Origin: Macrostomum lignano
Lineage: Eukaryota
NCBI GenBank assembly: GCA_002269645.1
Contig: NIVC01000709.1
Span: forward strand, 124,001-188,000
DNA: 64,000 nt
Reading direction: 5' to 3'
Under the pieces are notes generated by a model, which saw only the letters and a program-made list of their open reading frames with translations, did not search any database and had not been told where the DNA came from. Shown here piece by piece: positions 60,378 to 64,000 of this stretch (position 1 is the stretch's first letter; the number at the start of each line of letters is the position of its first letter). The translations under genes and the position numbers were made by a program.

Positions 60378-61862
60378 TCATTCATCGGCACTGGTCAGCG
60401 ACTCCTCGTGAATCTCGCGGAACTGCTCGTCAAGCTCGGCGTCCGAAGGCAGCATTACCGAAGCAAGCGGCCAGGAAATTTTCTCCCAGTAAACAATGGC
60501 AATCAGCTGCAGAGCTATCATCACTGCATAGGCATTGTGAACCATCGGCTTCTGTCCGTGACTGCCGTCTGCATCGTCCAGGACCACGGCTCCAACAGAT
60601 TGTAAAAAGCTGAGCACGGATGAGCCGAGCAGCACGGCGAGACCCCACAATGTGTAGAAAACGCCCACCATCGTAGCCTTGGCGCTCTTGTTGGCGATGC
60701 TGTACGCAACCTCGTAGATGGTCAGAATGGCGAGCGCGTTGGCCGCACCGTCCAGGAATGACACCGCAAAGTAGGCGGACCAGATTGACAGAGGCGTCCA
60801 GCTCGCCATGCTGATGACGCCGTGATGGTCCAGCAGGCTCAGCAGCATCAGCAGCAGCTCGTTGGCCGCGGCCAGCCCGAGACCAGCGCGGATGCGAATG
60901 ATGCGATCGAACCAGGCGGGGACGGCGGACCTCCCCGCAGCGGCTGCGCCAACCAGGCTGAACAAAATCATGGCCGTCTGGTACCCGGAGAATGGCACGT
61001 AGTAGGCCAGGATCGCCTGGTCTCCGCTAGCACGGGTGAAGTATTGGATCTGGTGCCAGTAGAGCGACAGCCTGCTCAGAACCAAGCAGGCCAGTGGGAG
61101 AACCGTGCCGGCCGTGATCAGGTAGAACCTGCGCAGCTGTCTTAGTCGAGGCATCTCAAAGCGAATTCTTGCAGTCCGCGGCGCTGAGATGGCCAGCTGC
61201 GACATGCAGACCAGGTGCGCCATCCCGAAGACCAAGCAAATAATCTCAAAGCTGTCACTCTGCTCTTGACGGAGCAGTGAGGGCACGGTGCCCAATGTCT
61301 CCCCAGCGGCTGCCGCGGCAAAGTACAGACAGACAAGCACCTGCCGGTTCCTGCTGTGGTTGGACAGCCGCAGCAGAGCGTGAATTATCGTGGCATCGTT
61401 GATGCTGAGATGGAGCAGCACGGCCGACCAGGTAAGCAGGTAGATGGGCAGGTGGCAGAGGATATTCAAACGGTCCATGGCGGTGAGCAGGACGGAGCCG
61501 GCCGCGTGGACCCCCGTGCCCAGCCAGAGAGTGGGCAGGCAGTCGAGCAGGACGTCGCACAGAACGCCGCCCAGGGTTGGCATCGCGTAGGCCGCAGCAG
61601 CCGAGGCTTTGCAGGCCAGGCTGGACAAGCAGTTCTGCGGCTGCCTGCTGTACCTGCAGTTCCCAGTCTCGCTGGAGTTCGCCTGCAGCTCAGCGCTGTA
61701 GGCCATCATTTGGTACTCGTAGGTGTTGCTGCATAGCTTAATTAGTAGCAGCAGAAATGCCGTCTGCTTCAACCGGAAGCTCATGGGAGCTGGGGCTGCT
61801 GCTTCTGGCACGGACGGTTCTCCGATCAGCGGCTGGCTCTCGCTGGCAGCTTCAGAAGACAT
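60378..61862 (-). CDS. Intronless divergent POT/PTR2 (SLC15-like) MFS transporter, 494 aa; paralog of 19456-20943
   Basis: LGGVLCDVLL, YEVAYSIANKSAKATMVGVFYTLWGLAV, and the shared C-terminal YWEKISWPLAS. Confidence 0.85.
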   Translation of the reverse strand: MSSEAASESQPLIGEPSVPEAAAPAPMSFRLKQTAFLLLLIKLCSNTYEYQMMAYSAELQANSSETGNCRYSRQPQNCLSSLACKASAAAAYAMPTLGGVLCDVLLDCLPTLWLGTGVHAAGSVLLTAMDRLNILCHLPIYLLTWSAVLLHLSINDATIIHALLRLSNHSRNRQVLVCLYFAAAAAGETLGTVPSLLRQEQSDSFEIICLVFGMAHLVCMSQLAISAPRTARIRFEMPRLRQLRRFYLITAGTVLPLACLVLSRLSLYWHQIQYFTRASGDQAILAYYVPFSGYQTAMILFSLVGAAAAGRSAVPAWFDRIIRIRAGLGLAAANELLLMLLSLLDHHGVISMASWTPLSIWSAYFAVSFLDGAANALAILTIYEVAYSIANKSAKATMVGVFYTLWGLAVLLGSSVLSFLQSVGAVVLDDADGSHGQKPMVHNAYAVMIALQLIAIVYWEKISWPLASVMLPSDAELDEQFREIHEESLTSADE

Positions 61863-62256
61863 GCTTAATAGGGCCAGGTTTGAAAGTTTAGTTTCCAGTA
61901 ATCGGACTTTTCTATAGTTATAGCTTTATACGGTCTGTTGGCACTGGATGGCGATGGGCACTCCATGTTTACACAGAGTGCCATCCATGTCACCATCGCA
62001 TTGACGCAGCAGGCATCCATGTGGCTTCTCGTTAAATTTTGATGTAGCTTAGACAAGAAAGCGTTAATCGGCCTCTATTTAGCAGCTCAGAGTATCGATT
62101 ATAAACTTTTTATAAACTGATTGTCTGAGTGTCCAGGGCCAAGTCCGTGCACAGAGCTATAAATTATATTATTAGCAGAGTGGCTTATTTTGGCTGTGCG
62201 ACTATTTACCTACAGCTATGCGATGCGGAAAATATGGTTAAATCAACTGAACTTGT

Positions 62257-63156
<900 letters not shown>

Positions 63157-63936
63157 TAAACTTGCTTAACTGAAGCATGCGTTCTGTCCAGGAACATGAG
63201 CAAGCTGTAAAACTCAGGAAAATCTACACTTATTCTCTCTCCAGTGTTCTACACTCAACTGGTATCATAAAAATCGATTAACTTTCAGTTGGACATTGTT
63301 AGCTGTTTCCGTCTTTAACCATTGGCCTTCCTAACTTGGCTTGCAGTAAAGGTACCTGAGAAGGTCTTTCCTGTCGATAGCGGTAACTCTGCTGAGAGAG
63401 GCATCTGTGCAGAGTTTGCTGTGGCTGTACTTGCCGCTGTCAAATCTTGGCAAGCTCTATTTTGTGGATAATGGATTCTCTACCACATTTGAGGCTTCAA
63501 AGCACCTGCTCCTATAGTTATATTATCTTAATTATATGAACTCCGCAGCGCAGGTATTGCCGCACCCGTCTGTTCTGTGTGAGCAGTGAGCAGTGAGCTG
63601 GGGTAAGAGAAATTGTAACCCAGGAGAAAACGAAGGACAATAATGAGTATAAAGGTGTAGAGTTTAGGAGGCTGCAGACTTGAAAAAGACATAACTCAAA
63701 CGAATGAACGGTTCATGAGCACCGCATTGCTATTTTCACTGGCAAGCAGAGCAGCTTCATAACAAAATGTCGGCAGTGGCAGCTTCTGCAGTTCGGCTGC
63801 CAAGTTTGAACAGCCAGGCAACCAGCAGGTCGCCTCCGCGGGTCACCGCCGGGTTTCGGTTCCCTCCCGGCGGAGCGACGACTGGGAGGCTCATGACCAC
63901 CGTTGCCATGACCACCGAGGACGGAGGGTGAGGGGC

Positions 63937-64000
63937 AGGCAGACAGACAGACATTCGGACAGGCAGACAGGCGGACAGACAGACAGACAGACAGACAGAC
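63937..64000. repeat. (CAGA)n microsatellite running off the window
   Basis: Read directly. Confidence 0.9.

Noticed and set aside
63757-63954. GC-rich minus-strand ORF at the window end
   Set aside because: May be a terminal exon of a gene outside the window, but neither frame nor product can be established.

Overview
Eukaryotic (invertebrate animal) genomic DNA: GC-rich exons, GT-AG introns, AT-rich spacers, many minisatellites. The style recalls a free-living flatworm such as Macrostomum, but that is inference only. 1-18.7 kb is a transposon cluster. It holds two near-identical copies of a decayed Gypsy fragment, each carrying a tRNA-derived SINE with a 14-bp TSD; the second copy keeps its 5' LTR and tRNA-His PBS. 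It also holds a frameshifted PIF/Harbinger transposase, a 5'-truncated but open Penelope-like RT/GIY-YIG ORF and a minimal hammerhead ribozyme. The rest is genic: two intronless POT/SLC15-like transporters, an AADAC/NCEH1-like esterase, a 6-exon LASP (LIM-nebulin-SH3), two tandem 5-exon ammonium transporters, PHYH, METTL18 and a secreted PAN/Apple + C-type lectin. A mariner relic, nested hAT-type elements and SINEs are interspersed. Most interesting: the hammerhead/(GA)n module bracketing the Penelope element; exon-restricted homogenisation of the Amt pair; loss of the proton-coupling residues in both POT-like proteins; a Penelope linker motif placed after the endonuclease; and a 6-fold tandem-repeated AG|GTAAG splice acceptor in METTL18. 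All alignments and counts were done by eye.
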